From an uncultured Acidimicrobiales bacterium (lineage in GTDB: Bacteria; Actinomycetota; Acidimicrobiia; Acidimicrobiales; UBA10347), in assembly GCA_943788915.1 (NCBI GenBank), contig CALSSD010000010.1, positions 62,001 through 126,000 of the forward strand: a DNA stretch of 64,000 nucleotides, read 5' to 3'. A model generated the notes under the pieces. That model made no database searches. It had not been told where the DNA came from and worked only from the letters and a program-made list of their open reading frames with translations. Below, piece by piece: positions 51,091 through 60,869 of this stretch. The first letter of the stretch is position 1, and the number at the start of each line of letters is the position of its first letter. The position numbers and the translations under genes were made by a program.

Positions 51091-52095
51091 CTACATCAAC
51101 TGAAAGAGCTCGACAGGTTCGCTGATGCCGCGGAGTTCGCGCGTCCCGATTGACTCGAACCGGGCTGAGGCATGAGCGCCGTTCACGACACTGACCGTGG
51201 CCACGATCGTGTCGGGTTCGGCGTGTCTCACCGATCGTGATGCGATGTTGACCACGGTGCCGTAGTAGTCGCCGCCCACAGCGACGACCTCGCCTGCCGA
51301 TAGGCCGATCCGAACCGAGCCTGGTCCACTACTACCGAGTGGCAGCTTGGCAAGTCTGCGGGCGATTTCGACACCTGATGCCGGTGTTGGCGCAACAAAC
51401 ATCACCTCGTCGCCGATGAGCTTCACCAAGGTGCCGCCGCTGGTCACGATCACATTCTGGGCCTGTGACTCGAAGGCCGTCAGGGCATCGATGAACTCTT
51501 TGAGATTTGCCTGTTCTGTAAATGAAGTGAAACCGACCATGTCGACGAAACCTACGGTCAGGCGTTCCATCGTGGCTGCCCGGCTGCCGTCGACATTCCA
51601 GGCGGTGGGTGAAGCAGCTGCCACGGCTAGATGGCGACGGAGTACCGACGCTGCGGCGTCAAGGAATCGGGGCAGGACGGTCCGTGACAGGCGAGCCATC
51701 GAGCCGCCCATAACGCGCATCATGGCCAACAGGTCGTCTTCGCCGACGACCTCGCGCATGACATCGAAGAACTCGACGGTGTCGACTTCGGCAGGGGTGA
51801 GCAGCCGGGCGTCTTCGTCGATGTTGTAGCCGAGGGCGACGGCAGCACGAGCCCGGAAGTCGGCTTCGGCCTGGGCTCGGGGAAAGACTTCGCCCGGTTC
51901 GATGGTGGCGTCTGGCCGGATCATGAGCGGTGCGCCAAGGAATGTGATGTCGTTGCCGGCCATGTCGTCGAGTTCGACGCCGAGGTCAAGCAACATCTCA
52001 ACTATCTCGACGAGTTCAGCGTCGTCATGAATAGAGGGGTGGCCGATTCCCATGGCGCGGAGTTCAGCTGCGTCGTGTTGTGTTCCCTCGGTCAT
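51091..52095 (-). CDS. Class III adenylate cyclase with N-terminal regulatory region
   Basis: FVDMVGFT, VKLIGDEVM, GDYYG..VNIASR; all catalytic residues present. Confidence 0.88.
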   Translation of the reverse strand: MTEGTQHDAAELRAMGIGHPSIHDDAELVEIVEMLLDLGVELDDMAGNDITFLGAPLMIRPDATIEPGEVFPRAQAEADFRARAAVALGYNIDEDARLLTPAEVDTVEFFDVMREVVGEDDLLAMMRVMGGSMARLSRTVLPRFLDAAASVLRRHLAVAAASPTAWNVDGSRAATMERLTVGFVDMVGFTSFTEQANLKEFIDALTAFESQAQNVIVTSGGTLVKLIGDEVMFVAPTPASGVEIARRLAKLPLGSSGPGSVRIGLSAGEVVAVGGDYYGTVVNIASRSVRHAEPDTIVATVSVVNGAHASARFESIGTRELRGISEPVELFQLM

Positions 52096-52124
52096 TGAGC
52101 ACATCTTGGCACTACCGTTGCTTC

Positions 52125-53105
52125 ATGCCGCCTACATCGTATGGACTTTGTTTTCATCGAGACGAACCTCCCGCGTCCGTGATTACTCGCGCTCAGGCTG
52201 CTGAGCACGGTGGTTTCGACGAGTTCTGGGTGATCGAGGACTGTTTCTACACCGCTGGAATCAGCCTGGCCGCAACTGCGCTGGCGGTGACTTCCGACAT
52301 CACCGTCGGTGTTGGGATCATGCCGGTGGTTGCCCGCAATGCCGCAGTTACGGCGATGGAGATAGCAACACTTGCCCAGATCGCCCCCGGCAGATTACAC
52401 GCCGGTTTGGGCCATGGGGTGCAGGATTGGATGCGGCAAATGAATGCTGACGTCGCGTCCCCACTCACGGTCCTCGAAGAAACATTCGATGCTGTGCAAC
52501 GGCTGTTGGCTGGTGAACGGCTCACCGTCGACGGCCGATATGTCACGCTCAACGATGTCGCACTGGACCAGCCGCCACCGCAGAAGCCGTTGGTGTCGGC
52601 AGGCGTACGGGGACCGAAGTCGCTGGAGATTTCTGGCCGGGTCGCCGATGGCACCATCCTCGCCGACTTCGTGAACGCCGACTATGTCCGATGGGTGCGA
52701 GGCATCGTGGGCGATGAGCACCGGATCACCGTGTTTGCGTCGCTGGCGATGGGCCCGACCGAAGCCCACCCTCTCATCCGTGAGGGCATGGCAGGCTATC
52801 TGGCCGAAGTTGCTCAAGGAATCGAAGGCGTACCGGTGTCGCTGCGTATGGCCCCATTCTTTGATGAACTCGCTGGTCAGGCTGCCGCGTCGTCGTGGTT
52901 TGATGCAGCGATGGCAATGCCCGAACACTGGCTTACTCAGATTGCTGCGTTCGGCACCCCCGATCAGGCCGCCGGTTACGTGCAATCAGTGGTCGAAGCT
53001 GGCGCCGATGCAGTCGCCTTCTTCCCGAGCCCGGAGGATCCGCTCGATGATGGTGCGTACGCCGCTGAAGAACTGTTGCCGTTAGTGCGTTCGCAAGCCA
53101 GCTAG
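52125..53105 (+). CDS. LLM-class flavin-dependent oxidoreductase
   Basis: [35 protein letters not shown]. Confidence 0.88.
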   Translation: MPPTSYGLCFHRDEPPASVITRAQAAEHGGFDEFWVIEDCFYTAGISLAATALAVTSDITVGVGIMPVVARNAAVTAMEIATLAQIAPGRLHAGLGHGVQDWMRQMNADVASPLTVLEETFDAVQRLLAGERLTVDGRYVTLNDVALDQPPPQKPLVSAGVRGPKSLEISGRVADGTILADFVNADYVRWVRGIVGDEHRITVFASLAMGPTEAHPLIREGMAGYLAEVAQGIEGVPVSLRMAPFFDELAGQAAASSWFDAAMAMPEHWLTQIAAFGTPDQAAGYVQSVVEAGADAVAFFPSPEDPLDDGAYAAEELLPLVRSQAS

Positions 53106-53842
53106 CCCCGTCCAACCAGCGGCATTTTGTTGGCCATGACCGTCATCGTTAACACGTTGGCGTCCAGCGGGAGCGAGGCCATGTAGGCCACGGCCCGCCC
53201 GGTCTCGTCGACATGCATGGTTGCTTCGGGTCGGATCGAGCCGTCGGCCTGGGGCACACCCCGTTTCATGATCTCGACCATGTCGGTCGCAGCGTTACCG
53301 ATGTCGATTTGGCCACAGGCGATGTCGAAGGCTCGGCCATCAAGCGAAATCGACTTCGTCAGGCCGGTGATCGCATGTTTGGTAGCGGTGTAGGGGGCGC
53401 TATTCGGCCGGGGCGTCTGGGCGGAGATCGAACCATTGTTGATGATGCGGCCACCCTGTGGATCTTGCCGTTTCATCTGGCCGAACGCAGCCCGGGCGCA
53501 CAGGAACGATCCGGTGAGATTGATGTCGACGACTCGTTGCCAGTCTTCGGTGGTCAGCTCGTCGAAGGGCATGGGAGGTGCGCCCACGCCGGCATTGTTG
53601 AACAACAGGTCCACTCGGCCGAACGCATCGACCGCTGCCTGGAACAGAGCCTCGACCGCATCAGGGCTGGCCACGTCGGTTGGGACAGCGATATGTCCGA
53701 TGCCGTCGAGCATGGCCACTGTCTCGAGGAGAGGTTCGTGCCTCCGACCAGCCGCGACGATCGTCCAGCCGTCTGCCGCCAGGTGTTGTGCGGCCGACCG
53801 GCCAATGCCGGTGCCCGCTCCGGTTGTTATTGCGATGTTCAT
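53102..53842 (-). CDS. Short-chain dehydrogenase/reductase
   Basis: [28 protein letters not shown]. Confidence 0.92.
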   Translation of the reverse strand: MNIAITTGAGTGIGRSAAQHLAADGWTIVAAGRRHEPLLETVAMLDGIGHIAVPTDVASPDAVEALFQAAVDAFGRVDLLFNNAGVGAPPMPFDELTTEDWQRVVDINLTGSFLCARAAFGQMKRQDPQGGRIINNGSISAQTPRPNSAPYTATKHAITGLTKSISLDGRAFDIACGQIDIGNAATDMVEIMKRGVPQADGSIRPEATMHVDETGRAVAYMASLPLDANVLTMTVMANKMPLVGRG

Positions 53843-53860
53843 AGCTGCTAACACTGGCAC

Positions 53861-54538
53861 ATGACCGAACCTCTTGACCCTGCTTGGCTCGCTCCAACCT
53901 GGTTTATCGATAGCGACAGCGACGAGGTCGCCGAGTTCGCTGCAACCGCCCGGGCCACCGCCGCCGACGACAACGATCACACCGATGTCGCAGTGGCGCT
54001 CTTCTACGCGGTGCGTGACGGCTTCCGCTACGACCCGTACGTGCGTGCCGAGGGACCCGAGGATTACCGGGCGAGCTCGGTGGCAGGTACTGCCGCCAAC
54101 TGGTGCACGCCAAAGTCGGTGCTGCTAACGGCAGCGGCCCGCCATTGTGGGATCCCGGCCCGGCTTGGTTTTGCCGATGTCCGCAACCATCTGAGCAGCG
54201 AGAAGCTGGCAGCGAAGATGGGAACTGATCTGTTCATTTGGCACGGCTACACGGAGTTTCTTCTTGACGGCACCTGGCGTAAAGCCAGTTCTGCGTTCAA
54301 CATCGAGATGTGTGAACGTTTCGGCGTCAAGGCGCTTGACTTCGACGGCACTACCGACTCGCTCATGCACCCGTTCGACGAAGCCGGGGCCCGGCATATG
54401 GAATACGTCAACCAGCGGGGCAGCTTCAATGACCTGCCACTCGGCGAGATCCAGGCTGACTTCGATCGTGTCTATGTCGACTGGAACAGTGATGACGTCG
54501 TAGACGGTGCCGACCAAGACATGGCATTTCAGGAGTAG
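53861..54538 (+). CDS. Transglutaminase-like domain protein
   Basis: [31 protein letters not shown]...W. Confidence 0.88.
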   Translation: MTEPLDPAWLAPTWFIDSDSDEVAEFAATARATAADDNDHTDVAVALFYAVRDGFRYDPYVRAEGPEDYRASSVAGTAANWCTPKSVLLTAAARHCGIPARLGFADVRNHLSSEKLAAKMGTDLFIWHGYTEFLLDGTWRKASSAFNIEMCERFGVKALDFDGTTDSLMHPFDEAGARHMEYVNQRGSFNDLPLGEIQADFDRVYVDWNSDDVVDGADQDMAFQE

Positions 54539-54544
54539 ATGATC

Positions 54545-54925
54545 ATGATCAAGCTTGTCTTCGCATTACGTCGCCGACCCGAGATGACACTCGACGAATT
54601 CCAGACCTACTGGCGTGAAACCCATGCACCGCTTGTTGCCGAACGGGCCGAGGTTTTGCAGATCCGAAGGTATGTGCAGGTCCACACCACCGACCTGCCC
54701 GGTCTTCACGCGGCGTTCCAGAAGCGCAATGGAGGCGCTCCTGAACCATTCGACGGGGTCGCCGAGCTGTGGTTTGACAGCCTGGATGTGATGGGCGGCG
54801 ATGATCCGGCCGTGCGTCAGGCCCAGGCCGAGCTCCTGGCCGACGAAGCAAACTTCATCGACCTTCCCAACTCGCCAATGTGGATGTCCGAGGAGTTCGA
54901 GGTTGTTGGTTTAACCCAGACCTAG
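54545..54925 (+). CDS. EthD-domain protein
   Basis: KL....RRP....EF..YW...H...RYVQ...DGVAELWFD...DE..F. Confidence 0.88.
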   Translation: MIKLVFALRRRPEMTLDEFQTYWRETHAPLVAERAEVLQIRRYVQVHTTDLPGLHAAFQKRNGGAPEPFDGVAELWFDSLDVMGGDDPAVRQAQAELLADEANFIDLPNSPMWMSEEFEVVGLTQT

Positions 54926-54940
54926 TTAACCCAGACCTAG
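54911..54940. repeat. Perfect 15-bp tandem duplication spanning the stops of two convergent genes
   Basis: TTAACCCAGACCTAG x2. Confidence 0.9.
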
Positions 54941-55737
54941 TCGCCGGGAACCCAACGCGGCGTCCGCTTCTCGAGGTACGACTTCATACCTTCTTGACCC
55001 TCGTCGGACTCGAAGAGACTGCCGGAGAGCTTGCTGGCCCACGCCATTCCCTGGTCAAACGGCATCGTTGGCACGTCGTTCACCAGCTGCTTGGATGCGG
55101 CGAGCGCACGTGGCCCACCCAACACCAGGTCAGCCACGATCTCGTCGACTTTGGCATCGACCTCGTCGGCGGGTAACGCATAGTTGACCAGGCCGAGTCG
55201 AGCCGCCTCGGTGGCCGGGAAACGGTTGCCACGCAGGAACGCTTCGGACGCTTCGGACGCTCGCATCTTGGGCAAGCAGATCACCGAGATGATTGCTGGG
55301 GCAACACCGATGCGCACTTCGCTGAAGCCCATCTTCGCGGTTTCGACCGCAACCGAAATATCGGTTGCGGCAGCCAGTCCAAGGCCACCCGCAACCGCAT
55401 GGCCGTTGATCTTGCCGACCCATGGTTTGGGTGACCGCCGGATCCGTCCAAAGAAACCAAGTGGATCAGCGTTCTCGTTCTCGTCGCTGTCGGCCGGGTC
55501 GGGTCGATCATCGTCGGAACGCTCGGACAGGTCAGCGCCGGCGCAGAACACCGAACCCTCGTTCGTCAACACCACAACTCGGATCTCGTCGTCGGTATCG
55601 ACACGATCCATGGCTGCCATCAACTCGCGGGTGAGCTGGCGACTCAGCGCATTCCGGTTGCCGGGATCGGCAAGCGTGATGGTGTAGACACCGGCCTGCA
55701 GCTCGGTGGTGACTTTGGGACTCATCTCCTGGCTCAT
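54937..55737 (-). CDS. Enoyl-CoA hydratase (methylglutaconyl-CoA hydratase-like)
   Basis: RNAL, FCAGADL, GGLGL, FSEVRIG..PA.IS, EG....LEKR.P.W. Confidence 0.9.
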   Translation of the reverse strand: MSQEMSPKVTTELQAGVYTITLADPGNRNALSRQLTRELMAAMDRVDTDDEIRVVVLTNEGSVFCAGADLSERSDDDRPDPADSDENENADPLGFFGRIRRSPKPWVGKINGHAVAGGLGLAAATDISVAVETAKMGFSEVRIGVAPAIISVICLPKMRASEASEAFLRGNRFPATEAARLGLVNYALPADEVDAKVDEIVADLVLGGPRALAASKQLVNDVPTMPFDQGMAWASKLSGSLFESDEGQEGMKSYLEKRTPRWVPGD

Positions 55738-55767
55738 CACGCTGTTCTACCTCACACTGGCTTGCCC

Positions 55768-55814
55768 GAGGTAGGTGGGTTGACAGAGGTAGGTGGGTTG
55801 ACAGAGTAGATGGG
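55768..55814. repeat. 18-bp tandem repeat (2 perfect copies plus 1 degenerate) in a divergent promoter region
   Basis: GAGGTAGGTGGGTTGACA x2, then GAG-TAGATGGG. Confidence 0.85.
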
Positions 55815-55847
55815 CGCAGCCGGGTAGCTGGGACTACGGTCAACGAT

Positions 55848-56864
55848 GTGACTACTTTCGTAGACGGAACCTTGCCCGTTAAGACTCCATGCCTGGTCGT
55901 CGATGCCGATGCCTTTGCTTTCAACGTCGATGCCATGGCCAGGGTCCTGCCCGGTCTACGTCTTCGGCCGCATGTGAAGGCCTTCAAATGCACCGAACTT
56001 GCGAAACGACTTGCTGGCAACGGCCACACCGGGTTTACCTGCGCGACGCTGGCCGAGGTGGCTGGCATGATCGACGCCGGTCTTGGAGACGACCTGTTGC
56101 TGGCAAACGAAACGCTCAACGTCGAACAGATGCGTCAGGTCGTGGCGATGCCAGGTCGAGTGACCATCGCGGTTGACTCGGCCGAGACGATCGCGGCGGC
56201 AGCCGAGGCTGGCGTGACCGAAGTGTTGATCGACGTGAACGTCGGACTTCCCCGATGTGGGTGCGCTCCCGATCAGGCGGGCGAACTGGCCGATACGGCC
56301 CGAGCTGCTGGCCTGACAGTGCGGGGCGTGATGGGGTACGAGGGTCACCTGATGATGGTCGAGGATCCGACCGAGAAGTCCGAGAAAGTCAGCGATTCGA
56401 TGGCACTGCTGGCCCAAGCTGCGGCCGATGTCGGCACCGACTTCATCTCTGCCGGCGGCACCGGCACCTATGACACCAACATGGTGGCGACAGAGATTCA
56501 AGCTGGCTCGTACACCCTGATGGACACGCAGTACTCCACGCTCGACTCGCCATTTAAACAAGCCCTCTGGGTCGAGGCGACGATCATCAGCATCAACCGC
56601 GATGGTGGTTTTGTGGTGGCCGACAGCGGACTCAAGTCGATGGGTATGGACCATGGCAACCCGACCTGGCCACATGGCAAGGTGTGGTTCTGTTCCGATG
56701 AACACGTGACCATGGCCCCGGCCGACATGGATCGGTGGTCGGTCGGAGATCATGTGCGGCTGGCGCCTGCCCACGTTGACCCGACGATCGCAAAACACGA
56801 ACGCATGTGGTTCATCGAAGATGGCGCCGCGACCGAATGGCCTGTTGATTTGAGGCACTGGTGA
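55848..56864 (+). CDS. Fold-type III PLP enzyme (DSD1/D-threonine aldolase-like)
   Basis: TP, RPHVK, RCG, MGYEGH, GGTGT, EIQAGSY, SDEH, PAHVDPT. Confidence 0.88.
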   Translation: MTTFVDGTLPVKTPCLVVDADAFAFNVDAMARVLPGLRLRPHVKAFKCTELAKRLAGNGHTGFTCATLAEVAGMIDAGLGDDLLLANETLNVEQMRQVVAMPGRVTIAVDSAETIAAAAEAGVTEVLIDVNVGLPRCGCAPDQAGELADTARAAGLTVRGVMGYEGHLMMVEDPTEKSEKVSDSMALLAQAAADVGTDFISAGGTGTYDTNMVATEIQAGSYTLMDTQYSTLDSPFKQALWVEATIISINRDGGFVVADSGLKSMGMDHGNPTWPHGKVWFCSDEHVTMAPADMDRWSVGDHVRLAPAHVDPTIAKHERMWFIEDGAATEWPVDLRHW

Positions 56865-58196
56865 GGGGTGTGAGCGGTTTCGGGACGACATCGAATACCA
56901 CGTGGAAGAACTGGGCTGGCAATCAACACTGCTCGCCCCACGACATCGAACGGCCGCTGAGCGAGGCTCAGCTCCAGACGATCGTGCAGCAGGCAGCGGC
57001 CGCAGGCCGTCGGGTGCGAGCGGTAGGCTCTGGTCACAGCTTCACCTCGATCGCCTGTTCCGACGACGTGTTGGTTTCGCTCGAACACCTGAACATGGTG
57101 CGGTCGATCGGCCGTCGCAGCCGACTGGTGACCGTTCAGGCTGGCATCGAGCTTCGGCACCTGAACAACCGACTGGCCAAAGTTGGCCTGGCCATGACCA
57201 ACCTGGGCGACATCGCGTATCAGTCGTTCGCGGGGGCCGTCAGCACCGGTACCCACGGAACAGGCCTGGCGTTCACCGGTATCGCCGCCCAGATCCGGGG
57301 AATGAGAGTGGTGACCGCAACCGGCGAGATTGTCGACTGCAGCGCTGAGCAGAATCCCGAACTTTTCCATGTTGCTCGAGTGGGTCTTGGCGCGTTTGGC
57401 ATCATCAGCGAGATCACGATCGAGGTTGAACCAGCATTCAATCTTCACGCAATCGAGGGGCCACGACCGTTGATCGAGGTGCTCGATGGCTGGCACGAAG
57501 AGACCACCTCAAACGACCATTTCGAGTTCTTCTGGATTCCTGGCAGCGATGTGGCCATGACCAAGACCAATCAGCGCACGACCGACGCGGTTAATCGTCA
57601 GTCGGTACCCAAACACTTCGTCGACAAGATCTTGGGAGAAAACGTCGCGTTCGGGGCCATGGTCAAGGTGGCCAAGGTGCGTCCGTCGCTCATTCCGAAG
57701 CTGCGTTCCTCTACTCATCAACTCGGTTGGTGACTCGGACTACACCGCTGAATCCCATCGAGTTTTTGCCAGCCCCCGGTGGGTCAAGTTCATCGAGATG
57801 GAATACAGCGTGGCGGTTGCCGACGTTCCGGCGATCTTGAGTCGTATTGACCAGGCGGTGCAGGACGCCGGTATAGATTTGCTTTTCCCGATCGAGGTGC
57901 GGACTGCTGCGGCCGACGACATCCCGCTTTCGACAGCGTTCGGCCGTGATTCCGGCTACATAGCGGTCCACCGGGGCAAGGGTGTTGCCTATCGACGGTA
58001 TTTTGAGTTAGTCGAAGCAATCATGGACGATTTCGATGGTCGGCCCCATTGGGGAAAGATGCATTTCCAGACGGCGGCAACGTTGGCTCCTCGTTATCCA
58101 GAATGGGATCAGTTCCAGCAGGTGCGCGCCAAATACGACCCAGCCGGTGTATTCACAAACGACTACACCAACCGGGTGTTAGGCCCTAGTGGTTAA
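56861..58196 (+). CDS. D-arabinono-1,4-lactone / L-gulonolactone oxidase-like FAD oxidase, +1 frameshift near 57708
   Basis: WKNWAG, VGSGHS, TGTHG; shifted frame gives F.EMEY, FPIEVR, GRPHWGK, DP.G.F.N. Confidence 0.9.
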
Positions 58197-58290
58197 CTTT
58201 GGCGGCTGGTCAACTTGGGCGGTTGGTTAACTTGAGTCCAGATGCGGTAACCACTGCAAAGGTATTCGCTCAGTTGTGTCGAATTGTTGA

Positions 58291-58656
58291 TCAGCCGCCG
58301 GTGAAGTCAATGCATTCATCACTCAACTGGTCCATGAGCTCATTGCCAGCGTCCGAGAGATCAGCAAGTTCATCATTTGCCTGAATTGCAAGATCCTCAG
58401 CAGAGAACTGCTCTACAAACGACCTAATGCAGTCTCTATCCACAACATCTTCAATCGCAAGTTCAAGACTTTCCGCAGTTGCCACTGCAGCACCATCTTC
58501 ACCTGCCCACCAGTCGTACCACTTCTCGGTCACCAGTTCGACCGGATCTCCAGACGACTCAGATGCTGCATCTGAGTCGCCCGAATCAGACCCTCCGCAG
58601 GCGGCCAGTAGACTCAGCGAACCAACAAGTGCTATTCCAAATTTTGTTGTCCTCAT
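58291..58656 (-). CDS. Hypothetical lipoprotein in an AT-richer segment
   Basis: Lipobox LAAC followed by a G/S/D linker; many A/T-ending codons. Confidence 0.75.
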   Translation of the reverse strand: MRTTKFGIALVGSLSLLAACGGSDSGDSDAASESSGDPVELVTEKWYDWWAGEDGAAVATAESLELAIEDVVDRDCIRSFVEQFSAEDLAIQANDELADLSDAGNELMDQLSDECIDFTGG

Positions 58657-58770
58657 TTGATTTTCTTAACAGATCAATTCATCTCGGTGTGGGATGCCCT
58701 CGTTATAGGTGCGCAATGATTTCGGGGTTCCCAATCCTGCATGGTGATCTGCCTCGACCTGGGTGGTTGG

Positions 58771-59151
58771 TTAACCCAGGCTGCGCAAATCGACGGTGAA
58801 GATCAACGTCTCGTTCGGTCCGATCACGCCGCCAGCACCCTGCGCACCGTAACCCATAGCTGACGGAATAGTCAGACGGCGACGCCCGCCGACCTTCATG
58901 CCAGCAACACCCTGGTCCCAGCCCTGGATGACCATGCCGCCACCGAGTGCGAACGAGAACACGTCGCCTCGGTTCCATGAGGCATCGAACTCTGCGCCGG
59001 TTGACCATGACACGCCGACATAGTCGACGTTCACAATTGCGCCAGCGGCCGCTTCGGCGCCGTCGCCAACGACGAGGTCTTCCATCATGAGCTCTGATGG
59101 CGGATCGCCCGCAGGTACTTCGATGATCGGCTTAACGCTGGTGTCTTCCAT
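58771..59151 (-). CDS. FKBP-type peptidyl-prolyl isomerase
   Basis: FDASW.RG, VIQGWDQG, GGRR.L.IP...YG, TLIF.VDL. Confidence 0.95.
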   Translation of the reverse strand: MEDTSVKPIIEVPAGDPPSELMMEDLVVGDGAEAAAGAIVNVDYVGVSWSTGAEFDASWNRGDVFSFALGGGMVIQGWDQGVAGMKVGGRRRLTIPSAMGYGAQGAGGVIGPNETLIFTVDLRSLG

Positions 59152-59259
59152 GGCCGAGCACCCTATCTGTGCTCCGCCGTCGGTTGACGGGCTTGCGTCA
59201 CATAACGAAACGTGTCAGTGGCTTGCCGCTCCACCCGCGTCATCGGCTATCAATGGTGC

Positions 59260-60843
59260 GTGACCGCAACGATGATTGACAACGATCTACTCAGCCAGGC
59301 CCGGGCGGCCGTCGAAGTAGCCCAGGAGGCGATCCAGACCGGGATCGCTACAGCCAAGGCGTCCGGCACAGCCGACCAGGATCAGCAGTTGGTGTACTCG
59401 CTGGCCCATGCCGCCAGTGCGGCGGCTATGGCTGAGTCTGCGCTGACCTATGCCGAAATCGGCCAGGATGAAGCCCGGCTCGCGCACGTCTTTATTGGAC
59501 GCCAGCTCAGCGAACTGGCGTCGATGTTATGGGCTCGCTCAAGCGACTGGGGTGTTGAGCCATCAGCGCTCGATGCCACCCGGGTCTATGCAGCTCACGT
59601 CACGGCGCCTGCCTTCGTGGCTGCTGCCGCGGCAGCACCGGGGTCATCGAACCTGCCCGACGACCTGGCGATGGTCGCAACCACGTTCCGCCAGTTTGCG
59701 AATGAGCGGGTGGCGCCGCATGCCGAGGCGATTCATCGCCACGATCTCGACATTCCCCAGGAGATCATCGACGGCGTCGCCGAGCTCGGATGTTTCGGCC
59801 TGTCCATCCCGCTGGAATATGACGGTTCTGCGTCGGGCTCCGAAGACGACTACATGGCCATGGTTATCGCGACGGAAGAACTCAGCACCGCGTCGCTCGG
59901 CGCAGGTGGTTCCTTGATTACCCGACCCGAGATTTTGGCTCGGGCGGTCGAGGCTGGCGGCACCGACGAACAAAAGCAACGGTGGTTGCCGTCGATCTCC
60001 ACCGGCGAAACGTTGTGTGCCGTAGCGGTGACCGAGCCAGACTTCGGCTCCGATGTGGCCAACTTGAAGGTCAGCGCAACCCCTGAAGAGGGCGGCTGGC
60101 GTATCAATGGTGTCAAGACCTGGTGCACGTTTGCTGGTCGTGCCAATGCGCTCATGGTTCTTGCTCGGACCAACCCGGACCCTGACGTGAAACATCGAGG
60201 ACTCAGCCTGTTTGTGGTCGACAAACCAAGCGACCTCGGCCACGATTTCCGCCATGAAGTCGACGGAGGCACACTCGAAGGGCGAGCCATTGCCACGCTC
60301 GGCTACCGGGGCATGCACAGCTTCGAGGTCAGCTTCACCGACTGGTTCGTGCCTGCAGCCAACATGATCGGTGGCGACGAAGGCTTGGGTCGCGGCTTCT
60401 ATCTGCAGATGGCTGGTTTCGAGAATGGTCGTATCCAGACCGCTGCACGTGCCATCGGTGTCATGCAGCGTGCCTGGGAAGTAGCGTCGGAATACGCCAA
60501 CGATCGTGTCGTCTTCGGCTCGCCGATCGCCGAGTACGAATTAACCCAGATCAAGCTGGGCGCCATGGCGGCGATCATCCAAATCGGCCGGCAATACAGC
60601 TACGAGGTTGCTCGCAAGATGGCAGCCGGCGACGGTTCGCTCGAAGCATCCATGGCCAAGGCCTATCTTTGTAAGGCGGCAGAATGGGTCACTCGCGAGG
60701 CGCTGCAGATACACGGCGGCATGGGGTATGCCGAGGAATACGAGGTCAGCCGTCTATTCGTCGACGCCCGTGTACTTTCGATCTTCGAAGGCGCGGATGA
60801 GACGTTGTGCCTGAAACTGATTGGTCGCCGCCTGCTCGCCTAG
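59260..60843 (+). CDS. Long acyl-CoA dehydrogenase, (2S)-methylsuccinyl-CoA dehydrogenase-like
   Basis: N-terminal extension; GSL.TR.EI, TEPD.GSD, LGYRGM, FE..RIQTAARA, IFEGA. Confidence 0.85.
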   Translation: MTATMIDNDLLSQARAAVEVAQEAIQTGIATAKASGTADQDQQLVYSLAHAASAAAMAESALTYAEIGQDEARLAHVFIGRQLSELASMLWARSSDWGVEPSALDATRVYAAHVTAPAFVAAAAAAPGSSNLPDDLAMVATTFRQFANERVAPHAEAIHRHDLDIPQEIIDGVAELGCFGLSIPLEYDGSASGSEDDYMAMVIATEELSTASLGAGGSLITRPEILARAVEAGGTDEQKQRWLPSISTGETLCAVAVTEPDFGSDVANLKVSATPEEGGWRINGVKTWCTFAGRANALMVLARTNPDPDVKHRGLSLFVVDKPSDLGHDFRHEVDGGTLEGRAIATLGYRGMHSFEVSFTDWFVPAANMIGGDEGLGRGFYLQMAGFENGRIQTAARAIGVMQRAWEVASEYANDRVVFGSPIAEYELTQIKLGAMAAIIQIGRQYSYEVARKMAAGDGSLEASMAKAYLCKAAEWVTREALQIHGGMGYAEEYEVSRLFVDARVLSIFEGADETLCLKLIGRRLLA

Positions 60844-60869
60844 TCGGGCGTTTCGATACTGTCGGAGCG

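Noticed and set aside
13480..57710. Programmed ribosomal frameshifting
   Set aside because: No shared slippery motif was seen, and these enzyme families are not known to use it; sequencing indels are simpler.
54911..58234. CRISPR array from the short repeats at 54911, 55768 and 58191
   Set aside because: The units are directly adjacent with no spacers, 15-18 bp long, 2-3 copies, and no cas genes are present.
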